Shown in pieces: positions 39,401-52,745 of a DNA stretch of 55,708 nt. Location: NCBI RefSeq assembly GCF_000002075.1, contig NW_004797330.1, positions 411,736 to 467,443 of the forward strand, in the 5' to 3' direction. Every line of letters begins with the position of its first letter. Within the stretch, counting starts at the first letter, position 1. Origin of the DNA: Aplysia californica. Lineage: Eukaryota. The position numbers and the translations under genes are program-made. Below the pieces are notes generated by a model. It did not search any database. It saw nothing but the letters and a program-made list of their open reading frames with translations, and was not told the origin of the DNA.

Positions 39401-40857
39401 AGGTCCTTTTGTTGTGTTATGACATACTAATATTTAAAATAAAACCTAAGGTGCCTCCCCTCCATCTTTTATCATTAGACTGTCTATGATGTCTTACAAT
39501 ATCTCGAGTCATCTATTAAAAAGCAACCTGTCATGTATTATGAAACAGATTTTGTTTGCTGTTTGTGCAACTGTGGAGATGATCTGCATTGTTGCAGGAC
39601 AGTGTGTTTGTAATGTGTAGCATGTCATCATATGCTAGTCCTGTGCCACAGTTTTGTGTACGTGTAATGTGTAGGAAAGCACAATCGTCTTGGGTATCAG
39701 TTCTGCGATATATGCCTCATCTGCACCCTCACACAAAAGTGATGCTCAAAACTAACATTCAAGTATTATCCAGTGTTGTTCCCGTCACTGTTTTCTAAGT
39801 ATTGGCTGCAATCAAGTTCATTACGTTCAGTTTTTTTTCTTTTTTTTCCGACATTCTGATATTATCAGTTGGTATTTCCGTACGATTACATGTTTATTGT
39901 TTGTAATAAGGATTGCAAGTTTACAAGAAATATTATTGATACAGATTTGCTAGGGTAGATTTTTCAGTCCTGAAGGGCATGTCATGTTTTGTTCACGAAG
40001 TTGATCCACTGAGATTCCTATTTGTCCCAGTAGAGGAATAATTAAGTTTCTTAGTTTGAACAATTTTTCTTCAATTCCCTTGTAATGGTCAAGTTATGAC
40101 ATTTTGCATACCTTTTATATGTGAGTGTGTGTGTTTGTGTGGTGCACGTGTGTGTGCACGACAATTTTTTAATTTTAAGCAGTCTGTCAGGTTTTATGAA
40201 GTTTATGTTGGAAAAGTGGATTTCTTTGCTCCTTTGCTTATTTTTAGTGATTGTATTGTCTTTAAGTGTCCATAGCCTCCCTCTTTTCAGCCATTTGTAA
40301 AGACAGACATTTTGTAGACTCAACTGTCAGTCCACCCAAATTGATTCGTATTTCATTTGTCATATTTTGGATGCTGTGACCATTGTAAAATTGTTAAAAT
40401 GCCAGCACGCAAATAGACTACAATTTTCTTTCAAAAAGTGAGAATGAAAGGAAACAGTGGATGGTGTCCCAATGTTGTCTGCCCTTGCCTTGACTTGTTT
40501 GGGCGTGATCCCTCTCTTATTCCCCCCTTCCCCCCTCTCTCCCCCCATCTTTTTCATGGCATCTGCCATGCTTCCAGTAAAGAAATGGCACTCCAATCAT
40601 TGATGAGCTCTGGTCAGCTTTTGTTGTTTGTCACCTCTTTGATAAGATGCTTGGTTTTTGCGAGGCAAAATAATAGCGTTGTAGTTGTCGTCTTTGACTA
40701 TATAGTGTGTGTATGTGTTCATGCATGCTTGTGTATGCGTTTATATGGTTTATGGGCTGAAATGATCAAGAACCTTGTTTCTTACGCAGGAATAGCCTAC
40801 TTTTTAGGTCCCTCCTGATTTGCTGTTTTCTCCAGTATTTGTCTGGTATTTTGTTAA

Positions 40858-42219
40858 CCCTTTCGTTGCCAGGGGGTATGCTATGCGTCCCTGCTGTCAG
40901 CACTGATTTTCAGCTGAGCTTGGTACCCAGGACAGCAGTCTCACGTTAATTAATGGACGCCTAGATTTAGCGCTGCCATAACATATTGCAGACCCCGGGT
41001 CTTCGATCGTGTCACTTTTCTCATTTTTCTCAGTCCTTATTTTCTCCCATGGCACTCATAATTTTGAATAACTTGCAAATCTATGTCAAAAAGTGAATTT
41101 TTGTTTCCTTTTTAAAGTCATTTTAGTGTTAATATTTTATGAGAGCACACGGCCGCCTGTGTTTATCGATTGTCTGCAAGCCCAGCAGTAAAGCAATAAT
41201 AGCAAAGTAGGAACTAATATGTGTGTCTTTTATTCCTGAATACGATTCCACGCAGTGCTTGTGCAGTACAGTAGTCTGCGCCTAAACGCATGATGCTCAG
41301 GAGGGATCCTCAAAGTGTGTTTATACTGAGTGTGCGTTTACTTGAACCTTTGCCAAAGGAAGAAGGGACGCAGTCATCTCCCTTTGGGACAAGGGTCACA
41401 TTGGGTCTGCGATTAGGAATACAAAGGCGTTGAATATGGGGGGGGCGCAGAAAAACAGACTCAGTGTAATGAATATACACTATAAAATGTCAGGAACAGA
41501 TAGCCTAAGAGGAAACTGTTGGTGATAGTCATTGAGACGTTGGCCCTGCCATGTGGCTTTCCAAGAGACCAACCTGACCGTAAATTTATGGGCGACATCA
41601 GTATCATAGAATCTAGATTTCTACATTCAGAGAAACATTTCTCTTCTGATTCATTGAACAAGTACATTATAAGTTCTTTGGGCGCAGCTGATAGGCTTAC
41701 CTGGCCAATCTTTAATCCTATAGAGGCCTATCTAGTGTTTTACAGTATTCACGCATGTTGTGCACCAGACCTAGGTCTAACTAAACATTGCATGCAGTCA
41801 CCCAAACTCCAGTCAGAAACCTCCTCTCAAACTTTAAGATGCATTTCCAATAATCAAAAAGCATTTCAACCCCCCCCCCCCCCTAGATCTATGCGTCTTC
41901 TGTGGAAAGTTGAGTGGGAAAACACTGTCCATCATTCTCTTTGTTCGGCATGAGGGGCAGTCTCATCAAATTTCCGGTTTTCTAGCCTTGTGTTATGTAA
42001 GTTGTGCAGATTGTAGTGAAAATTTCCCTTTGTCAAGCTTTTCCTGTCGGCATGTTTCGCCGATCGGAGCGTTCGTTTAGAGGGAGTGACTGTGTTTATA
42101 CGTCTAAATTATATAGTACAAAACCCATCAGATGACGAAAGCGTGTGTTAAGCGGAGCGTGCTTTTGTATGGCGTGCGTTTAGGCGGAGACTACTGTACG
42201 TCCCATGGCAATGAAGGGG
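40858..42219. mobile_element. Non-autonomous piggyBac-type element
   Basis: TTAA|ccctttcgttgccagggg ... tcccatggcaatgaagggg|TTAA. Confidence 0.8.
41269..42196. mobile_element. pogo/Tigger-like MITE nested in the piggyBac-type element
   Basis: TA|cagtagtctgcgcctaaacgcatg ... cgtgcgtttaggcggagactactg|TA, with 22 of 24 TIR positions matching. Confidence 0.85.
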
Positions 42220-44390
42220 TTAATTATGAATGCCTGCTAGTAGCTGTGAAGCCGTTATGTGTATGTTGAGTAGATGACATAAATTTTTGCCTGTAGATAT
42301 TTTTACACTTGAATGATTTTTGTTTGATGCATAGTTCTGCTGTTTTGGGGTCTTGTTTTTTTTGTTGGCATGAACTTTAATGCTGAACTCGAGCAAGTCA
42401 ACATGAAAAAAAAATTCCAAGCCCACCCTAGCATATTCTTTCTTGTCATCATTGCCACAAAACTTGGAACAAAATTGTTGAAACTTGTTGTGGGAACTTT
42501 GTTGCATTCATAATGTGAAAATTTTTACTAGTTTACTGAAATGGTTTAGTTTAAAAGGGCTTTTTGAACCGAAGAGTGTACATGAATGTTTTTAACAATT
42601 TTGATTTAAATGTGGTTTTCCAAGTGCACTCTCATTAAGACACCCCACCATCTTCATTTTTTTAGTGTGATTTCTGTTCTGTGTTTTGTCTTTGATTCCC
42701 AATGCTGGCGTTGGTGGAAGTGTTAATGTTCCGTTTGTTATGCTGCAATCTCTGAAATTCTTGGGAGGGAGATTTCCAATTTCAGTCGAGGGGTTGGATG
42801 GTGGTGTCTGCTCTTATAGGTTGGAAGTTGGCCTGGGATAAGGGAAATTGTTTTGATGTCTTGCATTCATTTTTATACTCCATGATATTGTATAAATATG
42901 AAAAGAAAAGAAAAAGAATTTAGACGTTTTTCTCAACGGACATCATTTTTGATGAGTTACATTGAGATTGGTCACTGAGTAGTATGTGAGCATAGCTGAA
43001 ATGTAGTTATAAGTCTTATTTACTTTCACAGTGCTTGTGTGCTATTCAGTTTTGCAGCATATAGTGGAAGACAACGTGGAAAGGGGTGTATAGTTCAGAG
43101 GTTACTGACTTTTTTTTTTACAGTAGCGAGTCAATGTAATTTGAAGGTCTTGGACAGCTTTTCTTTAAGCTATTATTTCTGCTATGCTATTTCGAAATTT
43201 GAGTTAGTGTGATGTGAACTAGATGTGAAAGGGATGTTGAGATGTGATGTGGATTGATATATAATAAATTGGCTGTGAGGTGGTGTACTACCAGTACTAG
43301 GCCATTGTTGTACCTCGGCCCTTCTAAGAACCTCCTGGGCTGATAGCAGCAACTTCCATTCAACTGCTTTTATCTTTTTCAACAGCAGATGTAGGTTCCG
43401 TGGAAAAATTGTGATTAGTACAGTATGCACTTTCACTCACAGACTGATTTGCTCAGAAAGCCATTGTTGAATTGTTGCTCACATACTATTGGAACAAAAT
43501 GTCACATACAGCTTTTAAAGTTCACTCAGTCTGACACCTTCCCCTCCCCCATGTCCTCCCTGTTTGTGTTTGTGTGTGTGTGTATGTATGTGTGTGAAAA
43601 TGCAAACCTACATAGCTGTTGTTGTTCTGATGTTATGGTCTATGCCTTGCAGTGGCAGGCTGGAGGATTGTTTACGTGCATTTGTTACGGTTGTCTGTGA
43701 TACTCTGAGCTTTTCTCAACTGGAGCAATGTGACACTGGACTGTCTTTGCCTTTCTCATGGCTTGCATTGTGCTGCTGGACTGGGATTGTAGCTGTGTAT
43801 AGCAGCAGCTACAGTTTTAAAAAGTTAACGGGGATAACTTAGGATACTGTTTCAGATTTTTTTCAAAATATTCGTGTGGAAACTTCCAATATACCAGCTT
43901 TTAGTTTTTCGAGGGCAGAGGCAAATAGATCTCTGGTAGATTGCTAATATAGTGTGCTGACCTTGAAAATCAGTTGTTTTTTTAATACTCTGTTGGAAGC
44001 TGAGAATTTTCATAGAACAAGAGAAATTTCATCGATACTTTAACATCCCTCACCATATGCAATTTGTATCACGACGCAGTGGAATCAGGGGCTCGTCAAT
44101 TTCTTGGCATGTGGAGTTATTGGTATCATGTGAATGCTGATTTCTTTGCCTTGCTTCCAATGAAATAAATATCCATTTATCTTGAATAGAACTCAAGATA
44201 TGTGATTGAAGGGAGTGAGGTCGCCTGGTTTCAGTGGTGAAATTAACGAGAAAATGGCCACCAAAGTTTGGTAACTCCAATAGCTAAAGAGTGTTTGAAG
44301 ACTGAAAAATAACATTTTATGCCTTTATTCAATGTTTTTCAGTAAAATTCACATGGAAATGTGTTTTTATATATATACAAAAGAGGTTTA

Positions 44391-46689
44391 CCCACCCAGT
44401 ACCACTGGATTTCCAGTAGGAAGATGGCTCAGGACCACATAGGGGAATAACTCCATTTTTGTGATGTAGTAGGTATTTTAAAAAAAACCATTATAAAATA
44501 ACCAATCCTTTAATTAAAAAAATTCTTGAAACATGTTCTTCTCAAATGAATAGATTTTAATTAAAAAATTACTTGATTACATTGTGTTTTGACTGTATTT
44601 CATAATAGAAAATAAAAGCACTTGCAGTCAGGACTAAGTTCACAAAAGCAATCACTGGAAACATTCATTTTGTAGTTTATAGGCCCTCGAGGTGCTCGCG
44701 AAAGCACCTTCCTTTGTACAGAGATTAAAATTACACCGAGAACACCCCATATAAGTCTCCACAGGTCCACCAGAAGGTGTCAGTCTTTTTGAACACTGTT
44801 CTCCTTCGGGCATGTAGCCGCACACTTGTACACTCGTCATTTCCCATTTGAGTTTTTTCTGAATTGTCTCTTCGTCGTATAGATAGCTGCTGTAGAGCTC
44901 TGATAATTTCCAGGCGAAACTCAAAGTGAGTGGGCAGTCGTAGCGTTGTGGCTCTCTGTTTGTACTTGTGCTTGTACATCTGGTAGCTGTTGATGGCAAC
45001 CTGCAGCAGAAACCAGACCATGCACCTCCTCCACTTAACATCCTCTTCCCAACTTGATAATAATATCACCTGTTTTGGTCATATTAGTCCACGCCACCCA
45101 TAAAACTGTTGTAGTAGTGATAGGTTTGGACAGGCGCTGGCAGTATCTTTGAACCCGCCCAGCTGCATTGTTCCGAAGTACTGTTGTCTCTGTCGGGTTA
45201 CAGTTGATTGACAGCACCTTCATCTTTCGTTGTCCTCCCACGTTGTCGCCAACAGATTACCTGCATGTCACATTGCCAGAGACCCTTTTGGCAGCTTTTC
45301 TTTCTGATCTGAGGGGCATCTTTTCCTGTTTGGTTGAAATGTTGCACAGGAGTAGGTGTCTTTCAGGAAAATCAAGGGCGAGCTTGACTGACAAAAAAAA
45401 ATTGTCGAAATAAAAATGTTGAAATTCCCCAAGCAGAGCATCACCAAGCTCCTAATAACATAATGTCCTTGACCATTCTTGGATGCAGTTTCATTTTTTC
45501 CTGTGTACACTTTGAAATTTCAAAGGCAGCAAGTTGGACTGTCTGCACAGCTCCAAACTTTGACTCCCCAAGGACATGGCTTTCCCTTCATGTACTGTTT
45601 AAATGAAAGTCGTCCAGTAGACTGGGCCATGGCCTCATCAAACGACACTTCCTTTTCCGAATGGAAATTACTTTTCGATGCATTAAGCACAGCATCAAAC
45701 ATTGGCCTGATTTTGTAAATGGGATCATGTCCCTTTTGACCACGAGGAATATAGTTTGCACTGTCGTTGAGGTGAAAAAATAGATTTTTTTTGTTCATAC
45801 TGTCTTCTCGACATGCTCTGGGAAACCAAGGACTCATTGAACATACTGTCTTTGCTCCAGTACATTTTATAATCAGGGTCTTTGACTCCAAACATAATGT
45901 TAATGAAGAAATACTGCTTTATATGAGCAGCCTCAACTGGCATCCTTGACTTAAGGGGGATTGTTATTTGCAGCATAAATGTTGGTCTGATCTGCCACCA
46001 GTTCAAAGAACGTGTCTGGCAGAAAAGTTTGGAAAATCTCAAAAGGAGTTGGAACCATTATGAAGACCTAATTGAGGATTTACACCTTGTTGGCCTGTAA
46101 ACTCCTTTAATTCTCTCCTATTTTCCAGTTGATTAGACCATGCAGGGGTGTTGCTAGTGTCCGTAGGCCTGTCTAGAACTGCACTTTCAGGTTCAGTCAG
46201 CTGAGTCGTAGTCATAGTCACATGCTCTTCATTGACTTCATTCTCATTGTCCGAATCACCCCCCCAAGGCACAAGTAGATCATCATCAATGTCACTTTCA
46301 CTACCATTGCTACCATTCTGTGGGTTTTCTCCACCAGCACTGATAGTTTCATTAAAATTGTCCAAAAATTCGCCTAATAGTCTGAACGCTATGCGGGCGC
46401 CTATGAAGAATACTCGATCTTAGTTTCCAGGACCTGTGTCAACTGCAGTTTGTTTAAATTGAATTTAGTCCAACTAAAATATCCAGAGATCAAGGGCAAG
46501 GTTGGCTGACGAAAAGAAGAGAGTGATTATTTATTTTCTGATGGTTGAAATGCTGGTTAAATACGATGGTTACCTAGCTTATACACTTCCCTAGAAACAA
46601 TTCTACTAGTGCCGGCCAGTCTTGGCCCTAATGGTACTAGGTTTATGAAATGAAAGTGGCCGGCGGCAGCCGTTGTGGTACTGAATGGG
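44391..46689 (-). mobile_element. Decayed near-full-length piggyBac transposon (PGBD4-like transposase pseudogene)
   Basis: TIRs cccacccagtaccac and gtggtactgaatggg, flanked by TTTA and TTAA. Frameshifted transposase with an acidic N-terminus, DPIYKIRP, VSFDEAM, KQYMKGKPCPWGVKVW, YTGK, FDNF, MGGVD, KWRRCMVWFLLQVAINSY and a C-terminal CSRCNFNLC. Confidence 0.92.
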
Positions 46690-49600
46690 TTAAGCCCAAA
46701 AATAAAAATGGGATAAAAATTTCCAAACTGGCGAAAAAAAGGCCTGTTTCTTGGATTTCGTTATTTTGATGAGCACCTGATTTCACAACGCTGCCTTACA
46801 TTTCATTGTTAACATTCTTAGAATGTTTAGTTGGTTTAAGTTAGCTTGCACATCATGCACATGCTTGGAACTGCATTGATGTGAGAGGACTGGGTTAAAG
46901 TATTGTCCAGTGTTGCAGCTCCAGTGCCCCTTGATTCTGTCAGCCTGTATAGAATGTACAGTCCCATTGCTTGACCGATTACCTTGGTGAATTATTGCAT
47001 TACTTCTGTATACAGCACATTCACAATATTTGTTACAGATTTGTTATTTATTTATTCTTCTCATTACATTTTATAGTCTTCATGGTCTCGTCCTTCATTG
47101 GGCTCCTCTTCCTGTAGACCTGTGGGTTTGGAAGGGCTTTTTGCTGTGTGTTCATGTATAGCTAGAATTCAGTGTAGGTCTCTGGATGTGTCCCTCTCTT
47201 TGTCTTTATGTACAATGAGAGAAATTAGAAAAACAACCTTACATTTTTTTTCTTTTGTGTTGACGATTTGTCACTGTGATTTTAATCAGTTTTATCGTCT
47301 TTAGATCAATACCGTTTTTTTCCTTAAATTTAATTTATATTCTTGTTTCATATTTTAGAAAACTTTTTGTATTGTTTTATTTGTGATTACTAGATGCGTA
47401 CCTTTAGAAGTCATATTGTCCTTAATCTCAGCACTTGGTACACCTTAGCCCACGAGTTCTCCCATCATGAAATAAATGTTGTATTTTCTGTGGTCAAATT
47501 CTAAATGACTTTCATTTGATTAAAATGGAATTCTCAGAGATCCCTGACACCGGGGCACATAAAACTAACCATCGTTTGTATGCTGTGGTGAGCTTTTCTA
47601 ACTTTTTTGTAAATGTCCCGTCGCAGATCAGTACCCTTGTTATTGTAATGAAAAGCTCTGGGCTTGTCCTGTTATCATTTTGTGGACTGTCGTCATAATG
47701 TGAGTGATTAGGGGTAATAACACATTGTGGTCTGTGCGGAAATTGTGACGGAATAATTTGTGTTATAATGACTTGTAATCTTAGACCTGATCCATTGTAC
47801 ATGTACATTTTTGTTCAGCTGGGTGTGTATCTTGAGTGTATGTGTGTGGCGCATGTATATGCGCCAGTGCCCATGTCTGTGCACATGTATGTGTCTACTC
47901 CTGCATGCAGCTGGATATGAACTATTGCAACATGGAAAGAAAATCTTATTCTCAAAGTTTTCAGGTACTTTAATATGATACTAGAATTTTGAAACTGAAT
48001 ATGATTAACAGGAATCCGCTGAAACGTTGAAATTTTAATGTTGGACTGATTTTTTGTGTGCAGGAGTGTTTATTTATGTTTTGTTTGTGTGTGTGTATGT
48101 TTGTGCGTGAGTGTTAATGGTTGAATGCTTATGTGCACATGAGAATTATTTAGGCAGGGAATGCACATCTATGCGTGCATTTCGATTGTGTACATTTCAC
48201 TTGGATTTGTTTGTGCATGGAGCAAGCCAGAGCTGTGATAACTCATTAACAAAAAGCTTTCTTTCTGTGTTTGTCCCAACGACAGTCCCAGTAATGTCTA
48301 TCAATTCCAATAAAATGACTTTCTCTCCTTCCTCTTTTATTCTTTTTTTTTTGGTCTCCCTCTTTCTTTTATTCTGCACTCACTCCCTTCTTCTCCTTTT
48401 CTGTGGTTAGCTCTGTTGTTCATTCTATTCCATCCTCTTTTTATCCTCTCTATTTCTCTGTGGTTTTTTTCACTCCCCTGACTTGTCCTCAAAAGTTCTT
48501 TTTCTATTTTTTTTCTAAACAATAACAATGTCTGTTCCTTTTCTCTCCTGTTTTCTATTTTGCATTTTGATAATCGTGAATCCCGTTCCAAGTAGCGTTT
48601 CTTTTTTTCACTCAATGCTTCTCTCTCATAATAGTTCGCCCCAGACATATCTTTTCTTTTTATGCTTTTTCCTGACAGTGCATGTGTTGACTGGAGAACA
48701 AAGAACCATACCCAGCATATGAATCTAAAACACTGCAGTTTGAATAAGCGTTACGATTATCTTTAGTCTGCCAGCATATCTTGTAAGATCATACTTTTGC
48801 GTAGGAGTGATCTAGTGCCCTTCCCATACCCAATGTTCTCATGGCGTGACTTTGATGGCAATTGTGTGCTTGTTTTGCTGTCAGTCGAGATGGCTTGGAA
48901 CTAGCATTATATCTTGGGTGTCTCTGCATCTCTCTGGTCAGTTGGGACATTTGTTTGGAGTTATTTTTTTCTGTTGCTTTTTTACTTGCACATTGCCATA
49001 TTTAACTCGGAGCGTTCATTCATGTTGTTCGCCCACCCCAAGCAATTTGGTGAATGTTGTTCATCTTCAGCTGTCTGGGCCTGTTCTCAGTAAGCAATGT
49101 GTTGTCGCCAGGTGCTGGTCGTTCAGTCTGACCTGGTTCACAAGGAATTGTCCCTATTGGCCAATTGCCACCCGTTCAAAAAAAATACATGACATGTATG
49201 CCGTAATAGTTTTATTGAGTGCTTATTACTACTTTATACCACCAGGCGTGCAAAGTTGCGAGTTGTGCTGATGTGAACTGAGTTTGCAGTCTGCCTAGAG
49301 GAAATACGGTATACTGTGTCTGCCGCCTCAATTTTGTCATTTTGTTTTATAAAAGAAGAATTGTGAGAAGTGTCAGACATCTGAATTTATGAATGACCAT
49401 TCTGTTTGAACTGTTTTATGAAGTGCTTTGTGTTAACCATACAACAAACGTGCTGAACTGGCCGAGGGACAGGTCATTGCTTGCAAGAGCTGTGCCACAT
49501 GGCAGTCAGCTGGAGTTTCATTTGTGAATTGTACCAGGTACTACTGTAGTCTGTCCTATAATAAATGACATCCCTACCATAACAGTTAACTTTGTTTTGG

Positions 49601-51137
49601 CCTTTTTTTTGTAAATGCATCTTCATGTCATTGAGGGGCAGCGGGCTGGGAACCCCCACATTTTTTTAAAGGCTCTGTTGTTTCTGTCTGTCTGTTTTAT
49701 TTGTCCATTGCAATATAATGATGCGTATAGTGAGTAGGTTATGTGCTTTAACCAAAGGAAATACTTTGATCCTGCAAAGAAAAGTTCTTCATCAAAGCTT
49801 ACCCTGACAGATGGTTGGAGGGCACCAGTGGCAGGTCCTGCTTCTCTTCATTCTGTCTTTCTGATTCTGTCATACTTCTTATGCTAAGTTAAGGGCAGTT
49901 ATTGAGTCCATGCGCTCATTTTTTTATGCCCACAAACTAAAGAAGTAACGTTCTATTGTGAGTGTGTGCGCGCGCGTGCGGGTGTGTATACATCGAGTAT
50001 ATGGGCGGGGGCGTGAGTGAGGATGCTTGTATTGTATGCATGTTCAGTCAGCCCTCGTTGTACACCCCCCCATCCCGTTATTATACCGCCAGCCCCACTT
50101 ACCATGATTGTTTTGCCAATGCACAAAAAGGAGCTCCTATATAAACTTAATATTTACGCCTTCACATCACCATCCGCCAGTTGTCTGAGTTGTACGGTCC
50201 TTATTTCACTAATGCAAAGTTGCCTCGTCAGACCTCCAGCGAACTGACTGCCAAAGGTACACACAGCGCACAACACCCATTGATTGGCTTCTTGATAATA
50301 TTTCTCCCACGAGAAAGACATAGAATACAGAGAAGTTTCGTTTAGTTTTAGTAGAGGTTTTACGACGCTCGCAACTGCATAAGGTCATTTGAGCGCCAGA
50401 AGATTAGAGGTGTTACAAGAGAGTAACAAACATAAAAAAGAAGGGGAGATAAGGATGATAGATGTTCGACAGGACAGAAGGAGCAAACCACACCAGAGCA
50501 TCCGCCAACCACCCGCATACAGAGAAGGCTTTCGATTCTGAATACATATAATGAATGTGCATGTTCATGTATAGCCCCAACAGTAAGGCACAAGTCGCAC
50601 AGCAGAATCATGTTCCTTGACAGTGGGCAGTTGGGGCTATATCAGTATATGAATGTATCAAAAGAACCCCGTTGAACCGCCAGCCCCGCTGTCCCGCCAA
50701 CTTTATGCTCGCCCCAAGGGTGGCGATATAACTATAACGAGGTTTGGCTGTACATGCCCATCCTCTTGGCTTTGGGGCCCATGAGGCACACTAGATCTAG
50801 CAATACAATGTGTTAGGAATCGGTGATGGGCCTTGTGCTTCGCGTGAGATGGAGAGAAAGGAGAAAAATTCTTCGCTTTTGAGGCTGCTAATTGCTTATA
50901 TTTGGTTAAATTGTGACCTCGTTGAAAGCGACTTCGGTCTGTTTGCAACCTCGGTGGAGCCGACGTACATTTACAAGGAGATATAGAGGAAAAAAATCAG
51001 TAGCCTACTACTGGGAAGGTGTACACCAGCATACGTATCGGCACCAAGTATTTTTACTGGCACTGGGGGGAAGGTGCCAACGTCGAGCGTCTAGCACAGC
51101 AGGTAATGTGTCCTTGGAACTACCTGGACGTGCAGGT

Positions 51138-51169
51138 CACACACACACACACACACACTCACACACACA

Positions 51170-51206
<37 letters not shown>

Positions 51207-51217
51207 ACACACACACA
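51138..51217. repeat. (CA)n microsatellite
   Basis: Directly visible. Other (CA)n tracts lie at about 33360-33423, 53754-53780 and 55680-55706. Confidence 0.95.
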
Positions 51218-52499
51218 AGTGCGCGGGCGCACAGTTTAATACTAGNNNNNNNNNNNNNNNNNNNNNNNNNNNNNNNNNNNNNNNNNNNNNNNNNNNNNNN
51301 NNNNNNNNNNNNNNNNNNNNNNNNNNNNNNNNNNNNNNNNNNNNNNNNNNNNNNNNNNNNNNNNNNNNNNNNNNNNNNNNNNNNNNNNNNNNNNNNNNNN
51401 NNNNNNNNNNNNNNNNNNNNNNNNNNNNNNNNNNNNNNNNNNNNNNNNNNNNNNNNNNNNNNNNNNNNNNNNNNNNNNNNNNNNNNNNNNNNNNNNNNNN
51501 NNNNNNNNNNNNNNNNNNNNNNNNNNNNNNNNNNNNCCACTGACTGTAGTGTCTTAGGCCATTCTCAAAGGGGGGACATTTCTCGTTCAAGCACAGTAGA
51601 ATTGTAAATGGGTTGATTCATGTTACGCTCATAACTGTACCTAATCTACAACAGGGAACTGCTGCTTTTTCTTTCCTAATCCTTACTATTGTAATTTCCT
51701 CTACTTCTTTTGTGTTTGTCACACTCTTGTGACCCACTTTTTCCGGGGTGCCTTGATAGTCGAAGCAGACCTTGTTCTGTTGAAGCTAGAGAGGTGAACA
51801 GAGTAAGTCTGATTTCCTGAAAGGACTTCTCTGTTGACATCCTCCCCTTCGCACTCATATGACCTTACGCAGTTGCGAGCGCTGTAAAACCCTCTACTTA
51901 AAAAAATAAAAAAATAAGACCGGTACTGGCGGTATACTACAAGGTCCAGTGCGGTGACTGAAGTACCGGTACAAAATATGTACCCAATAATTATGTTTTG
52001 CCGATACCGCCCAGTTCTAAATTGGTCAGAGGCAGTGTCTCGAAACAGGCACACTTTTTGGCAGCTTGAGAGGGTGGTTGACCTCGCCATGTGAAGTACG
52101 AGTATGAAGAAGACCAACAGGGGAAGAGGAAAATCTAGATAGTCCCCGTGGGTGGTTGGCGGGTGTTTTAGTGTGTGTTTGCTCTTTTTTTTCCTATCAA
52201 ACATCTTGTGTCCTTATCTGATCTCTCCTCTTTCTTTTCTTGTGCTTGTTTCTCTCTCTTACAGTAACATCTCTAATCTTCGGCACTTACATTATAATTT
52301 AAATGTGTTGCAAGTACCTTAGAACTTTTACTAAAATAAACGAAAAAAAAAAGAAAAGAAAAGGACGAATGTGGAGAAGGGCAAGAGGAAGATCCAGACA
52401 TATCTCTGGTACTTGACAATCGCAAGGTTTCGGCAGGACTCCTCATTCCGCTGGGTGGAATGTATTGTCGGGAAATGGAACGGTAAAGTAAAGATTTTT

Positions 52500-52745
52500 C
52501 CGCTTCCGATCCGGACATTGGGGATTGCCTTGTTAATGTTAGTGAGTCAACTTCCTGGCCCTTCGGCATATTGTGGTAGTGTGGCCAGTTCCTTTCCACG
52601 CCGCCTTTACTTCCCCAACTCGAAGTCAGGTACCTATTACTGCTGGGTGGGCAGGAGGGGGCGAAAAACATCCATGTCCGAACCGAGGCTCGAACCCGGA
52701 CTTTCCGCTTCGGAAACGAGCGCACTAACCGCACCCTCTAAAGGG
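52500..52745 (-). mobile_element. tRNA-derived SINE
   Basis: The minus strand has gcggttagtgcgctcg (A-box region) and ccgggttcgagcctcgg (B box), followed by cccacccagcagtaataggtacctg, which resembles conserved metazoan SINE central domains. Confidence 0.7.

Noticed and set aside
44652-46365. Domesticated PGBD gene or active transposase
   Set aside because: Multiple frameshifts and stops, and the TIRs are still present. It is a decayed element.
52640-52740. tRNA gene
   Set aside because: It has A/B boxes but no convincing full cloverleaf, and it runs into a SINE body.
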